A stretch of DNA of 61,095 bases, the filler included, from Basidiobolus ranarum (lineage: Eukaryota): assembly GCA_040143965.1 (NCBI GenBank). It is 9 parts of 9 records of this genome, joined end to end, with 100 filler letters (N's around TTAATTAATTAA, not from the genome) between each part and the next. Parts side by side here need not be neighbours in the genome. Positions count along the whole stretch, not along the records: positions 1 to 6,720 come from JASJQH010008136.1; positions 6,821 to 13,534 come from JASJQH010008137.1; 7 more parts are not named here. One strand, 5' to 3'. The position numbers were made by a program, and so were the translations under genes. The notes under the pieces were generated by a model. That model did not search any database, had not been told where the DNA came from, and was given only the letters and a program-made list of their open reading frames with translations. Positions within the stretch are counted from its first letter, which is position 1. Every line of letters begins with the position of its first letter. This document shows, in pieces, positions 1 through 12,049 of this stretch.

Positions 1-1289
1 CTCCATAAATTATGCCTGTCAGAGTTGTCAAAATAAATGAAGGTACCGCAAAACAAGTTTCTGCCGCTCATATACCAACGGAAGCATCTATGCGTAAGTA
101 TGTATTTCAATAAAAAACTCCGGATGATCTGTAATTGCTAAATTTTACTTGATTGAAGTGCCGTTCGCAATTGGCCTTTCAGGTTATATTGTAGCACTCA
201 CCGTTCCTACGTTGCATGTTGATAAATTCCTGTTACATTGGAATTAGCCTAGACTGGTTTGTTCTTATTTGTATAAGTGGATGGTTGAAACAGAGATCAT
301 CGTAATTCTCTTGACAAGTTCTCTCTAGATGAGGTATAATTCTCGATTCCTCTGGTTAACCAACGTTTTGTCAAGGTGCACAAAGATATTATTTGTTACA
401 TCTTCAGCAAACCATACTATTCAGAGAAAGTATGAAGCCATCTTTGACCATTTTAATCTAACCTAGCCGTAGTTAGTGCTTTCCGTAAGATCTACACATC
501 ATATGCCATTAGGCTATATACCAAACCTTAGATAGAATTCAGTTTTAGTACCACGTGTTAACACCGGCGATAAACTCATTTTTGCAAGAATTAATTTTGA
601 TGTTTGGAACAACTGGTATTCGATAGTAGATGCATTGGTTGTCCCAACATCCTAATACAGCGCAATAAATAGAATTCATAGTTCCCAGAAATACATATCC
701 AAGAATGAACTGAAAATGATGTACTGCTATCCTGCTTGATACTGTTGATTATCGAAGTTTCTCCTTTGCTATCTAAATGCTGATTTTATACCAGTTATTT
801 TCACTATAAACAACGTGTTGATTACGCGTATCTTTAGTTACTGATATGGATTAGGATTTGACACTGGTTGCTTTTCAGTATTTACTCAGTATTTCTAAAC
901 AGAAATGCAATCTCTCAAATAGCCCTGTATTTCAACGCTTCTCAATCTTTAAGTTGAACAAAGTTTGAACACTCGACTCAATTAATGTTAAAATACCATA
1001 TGTTAATCACCTCTACACTTATCACATAGGGGCTTCATTTGATGCTAGGGCTTGCTTAACTACTATCACACTATTCATAGAGTGAAACCAAGTATTAAGA
1101 TGATTAATCCAAAACTACCAATACCCGCAACATTTCATGCAGAGTTAGTGGCAAAGCCTCAGTTGGAAGGACCAATGGGTGTCATATATTTAACTTACAA
1201 ATACTCAATACTTGTGTTTGACATAGATCTTGATTATTTGATCTGTGAAGAGATTGCGAACTCCCATCAGGCGACATTACATCTTCACC

Positions 1290-1750
1290 ATGGTTTAATA
1301 CTCCCTCCCAAGTAATGGGAATGTCAACCAATTCCCCTGGCATTTTCAACACCTGAACTCTCAGAGAAACCCAGTATTTCGAATCTTTATACCAAGACCA
1401 CTCAAAAATAACTCTCAATGGCAGGTTGATGCTGGTATCAGAAGGATAAACATAATTAGCAGTCAATCCTACTCCTAGTGGTTTGATGTGCTAGCAAATC
1501 ACACTCATACCAAAACCAAGCTCAATGTCCCTACTAAAACTCATAGATGTATATCAATCTTGTAGTACTGAACTATTCAGTGATATTATTATAAACAGTC
1601 CAGTGATTGTAGATAAATGTGACAATAAAGTCACAGATATCCTTCCCAAGTCATACTCCACCTCACCAAGGGCTAAAGCGGCTTGAAGTGCTTCAAGTCT
1701 ACATACCTCATTCCCAAAGTCATTGATATTTCATAGATGGGGAGACATCA
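1290..1750 (-). mobile_element. Degenerate retrotransposon (Ty3/Gypsy-like) gag/aspartyl-protease relic
   Basis: Minus-strand translation IELGFGMSVIC*HIKPLG...DTSINLPLRVI...LRVQVLKMP..DI follows the spacing of retropepsins (IDSG..SVI...LG...ADG...PLG...VL...D.ILG). The catalytic motif is corrupted, there are stops, and CpG is scarce. Confidence 0.35.
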
Positions 1751-2430
1751 TCACTGTCCTCAGATGACTCAAGGTTCGACAAAACATGTATTTGGGGGTA
1801 ATATTCATCGGCCAGAACTAGAAACAATTGGCCAAGGGATACTAATATCTAGACTAGCTGTTCCTCTTAGGTTCAACACTAGTTCGATTGCCAGGTCAAA
1901 AACTGCATTCTATCAGATAATTCTAATGGCAAATCAACAGCAACAGTGAATGTTGATGTATGGACTCTGATACGTGGATTCTCTAGTTACGGCCTAGGCT
2001 ATCAACAACTAAGGCCCTAATCAGAAGTAAGCCCCGATGGTATATCATCTTTTCTAAATGAATGTGATCATTCAGTGGATAGAGTAGTGTTTCCTGCCTA
2101 CAATATCCTCTACTTTTTTTATGAATAGTATAGGGACACTCTTATTTGACTTGCACAGAAAACTAACGTCATATACGATCCACTGTAAGTCAATTCTATT
2201 TCGATCGATTCAAAATCTATCACGAGGGATATTCTTAAAGGTCAAGTTAAGACTAGATCAGCATTGGATAAACCCATATCGAGATGGATTGAACTGACGT
2301 CAAGATTATTTTGTCATTGACCAAACTTTTAAGTCATAGGTCATATGCTAATAGTTACACTGCTCAATATATAATGGCATTGATAGCGTACAAGGAATCT
2401 ATCAATCTTCTCATTTAATCAATCTTATAA

Positions 2431-3686
2431 ATGGCTAACAAACTGGAAGAGTTAGAAGGTAATCCTCCGGACCAAATAATCGAAAAAGGTCATATTTACT
2501 TTCTTTATCGTCCGAAAGTTGCTCTCGATCATGCAGAAAAGATGAATGATGTTCAAAAAATGGTATTGGTACTGAGTCCAGGTTTGGTTAAGAAAGATAT
2601 GGCAAAAACCAATCTCAACACGCAGCAAACTTCAGATGAAGCGAGTAATACAGCCAAGAAAACAGAGGGAGAGTGTACAATAGGAGGGATTGAGGAGCAA
2701 GGTGAGAAACCTGAAGAGGGCGATCTAGATTCCGTACCTTCTGATAGAAAGAAACGAAGCGCTCCGTCCGGACCCGAAGATATTGAAAACCATGAGCTTC
2801 CTAAATATCGATCTATCGTGATATCAAAAAAGAAACTTCCTGATACAAAAAAGAAGGAAAGAATTTGGGGCTACGTGGTATGTATTTGTTATTGTTCAAA
2901 TATCATTAAATTTCAACATTAATCATTATTTCAGAACAAAACCGCCTCTTCTATGAAAGAGCTTCATGAAGTGTTAGATAAGAGCCACTATCATACTGCA
3001 ACAATGGGTGAAAGAACAGTAGAGCCATGCCGACCAATGGTAGGTGACATGATAGTTTCTTTTATATATCTACTAATTGGCTAAACACTAGGGAGAGGGA
3101 ATTTATGCCATTGTGAACCACGAGAGACATACACACCTGGTTTATGGTATGTCGAGTCTATTTTCATTGACAGGAATGACTATTCAACATGATTTCCAAA
3201 TTACAGTCCTCAAATTTCCCGAACAAATAGGAGAAATTCAAAAGAAATTCAACATTGTCAAAGAAGGAAGCTACATAGTCTCTATCAAGGTGATTGTTGG
3301 CATTAGCATGAGACGATAGATGAAATAACCACTAATTTAATATTGTACAGAATCCTGAAGCGGACAATCCACCTAACTTAGGTTTACCCGATGAGGAAAA
3401 GACTGGCTTTCCAGAACGTCTACAGCAAAAGTTTAAAGGACGGAAATGGGCCCCACTTGATACTACAGATTTCCTAGAACATGAAAGCTGTGAGATGGTA
3501 TTTATAGGTGCCACTGATCAGGTCCACCATGAGAATGCTGAAGTTGATGAATATCTACGAGAGGCAGTAGAAGCAGATAAGCTCAATTGGCACCAACGAG
3601 ATCAAGGTGAAGAAGTTCATATTATCAAAAAATTAAAATTGAGTGATGAAACACCCACAGAATCCCTTTTTGGAGAATGGGCCTAG
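2431..3686 (+). CDS. Conserved uncharacterised protein, 5 exons
   Basis: Splicing at GT-AG introns (~2878-2934, ~3041-3091, ~3147-3206, ~3290-3350) joins EKGHIYFLYRPKV...YHTATMGERTVEPCRPMGEGIYAIV..HTHLVYVL.FP..IGEIQ..FNI..EGSYIVSIKNP...F.GRKWAPL...FLEHE.CEMVFIGA. TATA-like sequence at ~2368; stop TAG at 3684-3686. Confidence 0.75.
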
Positions 3687-4098
3687 ACGTAATTGAAACA
3701 AGGATTTCAAGAATAAACAAGCGGAGTAGACGCCAATCAATGAAATATCCATCAGTAGGTAGTTCCTGATTATTGTGATACTCAACCTCATGTTAATAAA
3801 TAATCGTGGATTCCTTTGCACTCGGCATTCTTGTCACGTGTGTGATATTTGATCATAGAGATAACCGTTTTTGCTCCTTTATTCTAGTTAGTCAGTCATT
3901 TTCAAAATGAGCGACATGCCAAAAAAAGCATACCGATTTTCTAATAATGATAATTTGCCAACGATAGAACTATACTAATAATACGTGAAAATCTGAGCTA
4001 TATGGAAGTGCTATGAGAAACAAATCTTTACATAATAATTTACGCTTTCCCATCTGCCAGAAGTCCGCAAGTGTGGAGTTTGTGTACTCAGAGAATCC

Positions 4099-5226
4099 TT
4101 ACAACAGTGACAGGGTCTTTGATGGGGATGAAACGTTGGGAGAGAGTATAGAGAGCATATCTAAATCGAAGTCTTTACCACCAACAGCATCATTACCATT
4201 ACCAATAAAGTGATCGTTAAGAGACATCTCAGGGGTAGGCTTCTTTTTAGGAAATTTAGAAACGAACCCAGCTTGTGGTAAAGTTTGCTTTCGGAAAGAA
4301 AGAAAAACATTCTTGACCACTGGATCCAAAAAGAACACCAAACCGGTCAATATACCAGTAGACGAAGTGAACCCTTCTGCCAATATCCAAAAAAAAGTAT
4401 CCAATTGCGCGTAGAACCCATCGTATTCAGCGTCACTTAAGGTGAACCCGATCGTTTGAAAGAAGAAAGAGAGAATGGTGGGGGTGAAAGTGATGATTGG
4501 TATGGTTACGTACATGATGATCCGGAAAATGACTCTTCGCAGATTTTCATGCATTTTGGTTTCATGCGGATTGAATGCTTCGATATACTGCTCGTGTCGT
4601 CGAAGCATTCTGATCACGCGTATCACTGTGATCAAAGAATAGGTCAGTCCAATTATTAGCCAAATATAACTGGTCATCCACCATTCTAGTGCAATCAGTA
4701 GACTCTGCGAAGGATCACCCAACCAGCATACACCCTTGACGTAACTGTAGATGGCACTTGGTAGTGTTATAGCTAAACCGAATAAGAAGGCGAACGGAAT
4801 GTACCACGCCTGATATCTTGAGGCGTCTAGTCTTTGATGTATAAAGACCAGATCTAAGTTGAAAGATATGGTGCATGTGAGAAAGACCACCATGATCTTG
4901 GAGAAATTCAGTATCAATCGAATCCAAAAGCATGCTCTGCTTGGCACAATGGCCAATAGTGATTCCTGCGTACGATAAGCGGTGGTGCCATGAAATATCA
5001 TTTCAAAAACCACTACACATGTAGTAAGCCTGAATGATATCTTGTTGGTGATTTGAGGTCTGACTATGTAGAAAATCACGCTGAGGATAAACACCAACAC
5101 TGTAATAGCAAACGATCCCGTGCTACAAATCTTCACAAATTGCATAAACATGTCTTGACGCTTTCTATCTTCTGGATTCATTTCCCAACCCAGGGAACCC
5201 TGTGCATTTGGGTCAATTATTGCCAT
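4099..5226 (-). CDS. Seven-transmembrane G-protein-coupled receptor-like protein (cAMP-receptor/Git3-like), intronless
   Basis: 375-aa ORF with seven hydrophobic segments, KISFRL after TM1, Cys at the start of TM3, a CW motif in extracellular loop 2, TM7 ending GLVFFLDP, and a hydrophilic C-terminal tail. Confidence 0.8.
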   Translation of the reverse strand: MAIIDPNAQGSLGWEMNPEDRKRQDMFMQFVKICSTGSFAITVLVFILSVIFYIVRPQITNKISFRLTTCVVVFEMIFHGTTAYRTQESLLAIVPSRACFWIRLILNFSKIMVVFLTCTISFNLDLVFIHQRLDASRYQAWYIPFAFLFGLAITLPSAIYSYVKGVCWLGDPSQSLLIALEWWMTSYIWLIIGLTYSLITVIRVIRMLRRHEQYIEAFNPHETKMHENLRRVIFRIIMYVTIPIITFTPTILSFFFQTIGFTLSDAEYDGFYAQLDTFFWILAEGFTSSTGILTGLVFFLDPVVKNVFLSFRKQTLPQAGFVSKFPKKKPTPEMSLNDHFIGNGNDAVGGKDFDLDMLSILSPNVSSPSKTLSLL

Positions 5227-6720
5227 ACCAAGTAATTAAGATGTTGCTAAAGATCGGTGAGCGAGAATGTCCAAGAAAAGGGGGGAATGGCAGTAAATGG
5301 CTTCAACGTACTTCAACGGAGTTCTCCAGGTCTTAATAAACCATCTCAGAATGAATAAACCTGAAAGGTAACAAAGACGCAGGTCACCTTTCAAGCCGTG
5401 CTCTTTGTTCTCTTTCTTGAGGTAAGAAACTTTGTTATAATCGCTATCTGATTCACATCCACCTTTCCGGGCTTTCGTTCATCATTTTTAGAGCTGAGTC
5501 CTTTGTTTTGCATTAATCATCGTCACTCTTGGTAAATATGGTATTATAATTCCATTGATCACTCCTTAGATAATTCTGCTGTAATACCGGATTCACTCCT
5601 CTCCACGGCCTGCTACGCAATTCCTCGGCTTGACGGATCTATGTCTCATACACTACCATCTTTGGGACTTTATGCGAATTGGCCAATGGAGAGGCGTGAT
5701 TTTATTGAGGTCAAATATATGAACAGACGCGGCCAGTGTCGGTTAATAGGGATGGAGAAGTTAGCTCTGACGTTGATGAAGACTCGCTATCTCTGCGCGC
5801 ACTCTTATGTTGATATCTAATGAAGCATTCTAAAGTGCATCTCATCCAATTGAAGAGCTTGCATATGACCACTGAGTGCTGAAGCGCAGCCTGAGTATTT
5901 TCATGCAAATCTAAGTCAATGAAAACAGGGTGGATGCCGTACTCACGCATGAGCGCATCGTAGAAAGATCACCAGATCTGCTGGGAAGGAATCCATACAA
6001 CACTAATGGATTATATCTCAACATCAGTCACGATCTTGAGTAAACAAAGAACATATAAGCGCAGTCATGATCTTGGGGGCAAAAGAGCTGAGTCGTGATC
6101 TTAACTACTCTATTGTCTCTATTTAGTATCAATCAGCATCAACGGTGAATCATTCCTGGGCTTGATCTAACCTCTACATCAAATATCCATTTCTTATATA
6201 TAATAGACTGTTTGGAAGCCGAGTCAGCCCTTTATTTTTCCCTCAGGTTGTCGATTGGAGCACGGATCTGATCCGTAATTGCCCCCTCTTTACGTAATAG
6301 TCAAGGAACATGTGAGTGATTCCTAGGATCCAAGTTCAATCGGAATGGGAGAGGATGTGGTTTGAGCTTGGAAAATCTCAGATCAATAAGATCGCTATTG
6401 TGTTCACTCAGCCATTGCTATATCAAAAGGAAACAAATCCTTGCCAAACGTCTCATATGAAGGAGAAACATAAAGATGATCCTTTGGTCTCACAGTTTGC
6501 ACGAAACACCCTGCTCATTCTCCTCTGACTTACAACCATCGCTGTCAGATGTAGAAAATTCACAGATATATTCGAAGAACCCGTACACCACCAACTCATA
6601 AGTCCGGTTTATCGGTCATAAATTTTTATTTCAAAGCGAGAATGGCTGACACAGTGAACCATCTCCTATATCTGCGCAAATCGTGCTCCGACAAAGACTT
6701 GATTGATTTGATCGGAGTGC

Positions 6721-6820
6721 NNNNNNNNNNNNNNNNNNNNNNNNNNNNNNNNNNNNNNNNNNNNTTAATTAATTAANNNNNNNNNNNNNNNNNNNNNNNN
6801 NNNNNNNNNNNNNNNNNNNN
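6721..6820. other. Artificial contig spacer
   Basis: N44-TTAATTAATTAA-N44, giving stops in all six frames. Confidence 0.99.
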
Positions 6821-7301
6821 AATTGTGAAGGCTACAGTGATGCAGACCGGGGAAGAGACCTTGAAGATAGAAGATTGATAACTGGGTACACGTTTTTCTA
6901 TGGTAATGGAGCCATAACTTTGGAATAGTAAGAAGCAACCAACCAAAGCACTTTCCACTACAGAAGCAGAATATATGGCTGCCTCTGCTACTACACAAGA
7001 AGCTATGTGGTTAAGGAAGTTATTTACAGATTTAGGATACATGCAAAATCATGCTATTACTCTACTTGAAGATAATCAAAGTTGTATTTCATTAGCTAAA
7101 AACTGTACATTTCATGCTAGAACAAAACATATAGATATTCTGCATCATTTTGTTAGAGAAGCAATAGAGAATGATATAACTGAACTTGTCTATTGCCCTA
7201 CTTAAGAAATGATAGCTGATATCTTAACCAAACCTTTAGCTAAAGCACAATTTGAATTATTAAGATTTCAGTTAGGTTTAAGCAAAATACATAATAATTA
7301 G
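6821..7301 (+). mobile_element. Ty1/copia pol 3' end (RNase H), degenerate
   Basis: GYSDAD.GRD.EDRR..TGY.F...WNSKKQPT.ALSTTEAEYMAA...EAMWLRKL...EDNQSCI...FHARTKHIDI..HFVRE...ADILTKPL. Contains a frameshift and an in-frame TAA at 7203, and is followed by a polypurine tract (7302-7312). Confidence 0.92.
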
Positions 7302-7312
7302 TTGAGTAGGAA

Positions 7313-7662
7313 TGTTGAAATTAGGTGAATAGCAACTCATTCTTTAATAGTTAGTATATTCATATTCTGATTATTTAGCACTCATTCTGTCATTCAAAAA
7401 TGTTTGTTTATTGCTCTAATTGATAGAAATATCAATTAGATCACGTTTATCAATTTTCACTATTTTCTCAAAACTTCTCCAAATCATCTCAAATTTTCAC
7501 CCATGCTTAAGAGGCATGTTTATTTTGATATAAGCACATCCAATAGTCCTATTTCATAGTTAACTATAAGTAGGACATATTCAATTCAATAGAACTTAAG
7601 TAACTAGTTCACAAATCCAAATCTTGTCCAAAACACTTCCAAATCCCCTAAACACTTTTATC
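7313..7662 (+). repeat. 3' LTR of copia element (LTR family A)
   Basis: Starts TGTTGAAATTAG directly after the polypurine tract and aligns along its length with 7919-8269. Confidence 0.85.
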
Positions 7663-7918
7663 TATTGTGGGCTATAGGACCTGACCAAATTAGTTGACCA
7701 ATTGTGCCAGATAGCATTTTAGGAGGCTAGATCAAGAGGCACAGCCTACTCTAGTCCAATCAAGCAAGTTCATGACTTAATGAGTTGCTAACTGATGACC
7801 AGTTGCTGCAGAATGATTCATTGATATCAATGTTGCTATGTTATAGCTAGTCATGTTCTATAGAGTACCCATGCAGCTTTTACTTATGAACACTTACTGA
7901 TTATTACTCTGTTCAGCC

Positions 7919-8269
7919 TGTTGAAATTAGGTAAATAACAACTCATTATTTCGTAGTTAGTTTATTCATATTCTGATTATTTAGCACTCAATTCTGTCAT
8001 TCAAAAACATGTGTTTATTGCTGTGATTGATAGAAATAACAATTAGATCACTTTTACCAATTTTTACTATTTTCTCCATACTTCTCCAAATCATCTCAAA
8101 TTTTCACCCATACTAAACAGGGGTGTTAGTTCTGATTTAAGCACACCCAATAGTCTTGATTTATAGTAAACTATAAATAGGACATATTCAATTTAATAAA
8201 ACTTAAGTGTCTAATTCACAAATCCAAATCTTGTCCAAACACTTCCAAATCCCATAAACACTTTTATCA
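7919..8269 (+). repeat. Solo LTR (family A), 351 bp
   Basis: TG...CA termini, direct repeat of 7313-7662, flanked by CAGCC / CTGCC (5-bp target-site duplication with one mismatch). Confidence 0.85.
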
Positions 8270-10299
8270 CTGCCTAGGATTCCCTAGGTGTAATAGTTTC
8301 CATTTAACATTATATTGAAAGATGTTAAATAGTTGGTGAAATAGATGTCTTTGGAATTGATACTCCTGACAGTGTTTATGCTGAACTTTACTTGACTATT
8401 AATTTTTTGTGAAATTGCAGGTTTGTAACCTATTGACTTGTACTATTATAGGAGAGAAATACATGTTATAAGTCAAGTAATGGTTTGCCATAATTTTAGT
8501 TAGTTCTTAGCAGGTTGTTGCCTTTCAAAGTGGGGAGTGGAATGCCTGACTGCGCATCAAGCTTCCATTCTTGCAGATTTTTCCTTTCCTGCCAGCAGAC
8601 TTTTACTTGAAAACTAACTTTGTTTTAGAGTTTGAAAACTTTTTAAAGACATCCCAATATCCGGATGGTCAACCTGGTGTAATAAAATTACTTAGAAACA
8701 ACTCTTAATAATCTGAAATTGTGATTCATTACCACAGATATCTAACAAGTCCCCTGATAGCTCATCTGTTACACAATCTCAGAATCAGCTCATGGTACTG
8801 ATATGATATACCTACAATACCACCCTTATGTAGTGCGTGTTGTTTTTTCTGTAGCAATATCCTTCTTATACCCAACACATATGCTTAAAGAAGATCTGCC
8901 ATTATTGTTGTAACATCTTATGCCATGAAATCCAGTGGTTTGATAGAAAAAATAAGCACAAGCATGGTCTCTATACAAAGCCACCATCTGCACAAAGCCT
9001 GTTGAGTGTCAATAGTAATAGGTGCACAAATACAACTTTAGTTTTGGCCACTAAGTCCATTGCCTATGATGTGCCTCCAAGGTTTGGTAACACTCAGGAA
9101 AGTGAATATGTGGTGAAGTGAACAAAGTTATATGACCTGAATGATTTAGGCAGAAGAGAACAAATGATGACCCAGTTAGTGTCAAATACTTGGTGAACAT
9201 GCTGCTGAATGTTGACCTGGGTTATTTCAATACTGATAGCAGTATGGCAAAGAAACCAATGGCTTTGTTTTATATTCTTTATTATTAGTAAGCTTTAGTC
9301 CATTTATCAGACTCAAAATCAAAATGACCACTTTTGTTATTGAGGAATGGAGAGTTCAATCCAAGCTTAGCAACCAGGTGTTTATTGGTTTTCTTACTCT
9401 TTTACCACAGTTTATTGGGAAATGGTGCTTTGGACAGACCTGGTACCAGTGGAAAACTCTTTTCAAGCATATGACTTGTAATTCTTCAGTAATTTTGTTA
9501 ACTTCATTTTCAAATAGCCATTTAGCTTTCTCTGGGAATGTAACAAACCAGAAGTAATGTACTTTGTACACAAACACATAACTTAATGAAGGCAATATTG
9601 TTCATATTTGGCATAAATACAGTATATTCCTTTTCTTCAACTTTTGATAACATCATTGAAATATAGATAATTGATCTGGTACCAAAGTATGCTTGGTAAA
9701 GCTGAGCATTTTAACAATATACCTGATGGTTATCACTATTGGAATCTAAAAAGGCATGGCTTTTTTGAAAGCATTTATATACACACATCTGCATTGACTT
9801 GGAATGGTTTCTCACTAAGCAAATATATCGTTGGAAAGTCTTACTGTCTAATAACTTCATCTAACTCAAATCTCCCTCCTTCTGAATGGTACAACAGTCA
9901 TCATATCTGGATCTAAATTGCCAGTGCATATACATAGCTACTGAGGGCCTTAATTACGCAATTAAAATTTAATCCTCCAGGGCTCAGAAGGATATATTAT
10001 TCTTTATGACTAATGTTATGCCATTAACTTGCACCATTTTATTAAGCCAGATTAGGCCAGCTAAAAAGTGTACCAGCACAAATTGGCATAAGTGGGTATT
10101 ATCTGGCTCAATGTTATTTACCTTTTGAGAAGTTGTTAATTGCCTGTGTGGTTTTCTTAGAGAAAGTGCTTTAATATATTATTGCACATTCAAAAGATGA
10201 TGAAAGCTTTATTTGTAGTGCATTAGTCAGGAACTCTTAATTTCCTGAGAATTAAACAAGATTTTGCCTACTTTGCCCAACTTTTGTTGAGGCCCATAA

Positions 10300-10740
10300 A
10301 ATGATATTCTTCTATATTTTGCCAACACATTACCCTATCTCTTTAGCAAGCTAAATATATGTTCTACTCTTGCTCTAAGATGTGAAAAATATCATCCTGA
10401 AGTCTTTGCCTCTCTGCATGTATCCCTCCTGTGGGCTTTTTATCAGCTGTGGCAGAACTTAGCCTTCTGCATTTTTCCCCAGCATATGCCAAATCAGCCT
10501 TTCTCTTTTCATATCTTACAACTGGTGCATGATTCTCTACCTACATCCTTATGTCATGTTGTCTTACTAGATGTGGCACACTAAACCAAATGATGTTTCC
10601 TTACAAATCTGTCAAAGCTTGGAACTTTTCATATTTAGTTTTGTACTTGCAAGATTAAACTAGCTTTTGGTTGCTTTTGGGTCTGTCGATGCTCACAGGA
10701 ATTGTGTCAACAATATTTCTGATACAAATTCAAGGCCTAA
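10300..10740 (-). mobile_element. PIF/Harbinger-ISL2EU type (DDE_Tnp_4) transposase relic
   Basis: Minus-strand reading IVDTIPVSIDRPKSNQKLV*SCKYK...KFQALTDL*GNIIWFSVPH...HD...ADLAYAG...KKPTGG...(frameshift)RARVEHIFSLLK reproduces the D/D/E motif order of this family. Several stops. Confidence 0.75.
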
Positions 10741-10809
10741 TGCATTATTCAATATAATTCTATAGATGCTTAACTCTCATATATCAATTGATTGAAATTG
10801 GAAACTTAA

Positions 10810-11830
10810 AAATAACACTTCAAGACACTAAGGCAAGAGTAAGCAACCAAGGTGTAAACAGAAAGGAAGGTACATAGTCAGATCTGTATATATGTTGGAA
10901 AGCAAATTGGAACAGTCCAGACCATTGAACAGATTTACTAGATTACTCCAAAGCAAAGAGACACCTGACAAGGTATTCATTTCACAAGATGAAGTTATAC
11001 AACCAACCACTTTAATGAAGATGACATCTCCAAGAAGGGCAAAAGCCCAACTAGTTAGTTCATCAATTAGTGGTACACATTGTCAGCAATTCTAGCTTGG
11101 TAGAGTCTGTGATATTCATCCTAGTTTTGATAACAAGTAAGCTGGCAATCAAGAATCACCAAAAAGATGGCCTGCATTCTTACACTATTGCATGCAATTC
11201 ACTTGATTTAACCTAACCAACAAGTGAACCTTTTGCTTCTAGTGAAGAGTCAGCTCCAAGGAGAATGCCACTCAATAAGCGTACCAGTTGAATGCACCCT
11301 ACCACACAATTGTTACAAGGACCAACTGCAATAATATTAATCCTTCATCTTTACCTCCTGAATATCTGAAACATGAGAGCAAACTACTAAGACAGCAATC
11401 TGTCATGATGCAAGCCTCAACAAGACCAAGACAATGAGTGCTTAAAGAGAGTGAACCTCCTACTGAACTTGAAGACACAACAATCAAACACAAACCTTAA
11501 GGTAGACAATGTGCTCCAACATGTTCTGTCATGCCGCACAGGGTATGGTCAGTTAAAAGAGTTTGCAATCCTCTTACCAAGCTGGAAGAAACCACTACCA
11601 TCAAACATAAGCCTCAAGATAGATGACTTGTTACAACATGTACTGCCATGCAACCATGGTCATGGCCAGTCAAGAGAGATGAAGTTTCTACTGTAGCTCA
11701 AAATGCAAAAACTGCTAAACATGAATCACAAGGTAGATGACTTGTTCAATATGTACTGCCGTGTGACCATAGCCATGGTTGGTCAAAAGAGATGAAGCTC
11801 TTACTGTGATTAGAAGAATCAATAATTGTC
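10810..11830 (+). mobile_element. Decayed gag-like ORF relic, copy 1, with three ~114-bp internal tandem repeats
   Basis: Aligns with the reverse complement of ~12250-13250 (e.g. caagacacta.ggcaagagtaa, gcaaattgga.cagtccagaccattg, gaagagtcagctccaag). Repeat units start near 11500, 11615 and 11730. Confidence 0.55.
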
Positions 11831-12049
11831 ATAGACCAAACCCAAGAAATGTGCTCCACAAGGATAGGTAGGTCCATTGAAGCCCACTATTGTCTTAATA
11901 TTGCCAAATCAACATACTCCCAGCTATCTGGCAGATACCCTGCAATATTAGACTTGTTCCATTGGACCAGGGCAGATTGTGCTGCTTAATCCAGCCTGCT
12001 AACACGCCATCTGGCATGATCTGTCAATTATTATGGCTAGGCCCTATAA

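Noticed and set aside
6765..6776. Recurrent TTAATTAATTAA palindrome (8 copies) as a biological repeat
   Set aside because: It is always centred in an exact 100-bp N spacer, so it is an assembly linker.
11490..11830. Regularly spaced repeats as a CRISPR-like array
   Set aside because: The whole ~114-bp unit repeats with divergence and keeps a reading frame. There are no constant repeats with unique spacers, no cas genes, and the context is eukaryotic.
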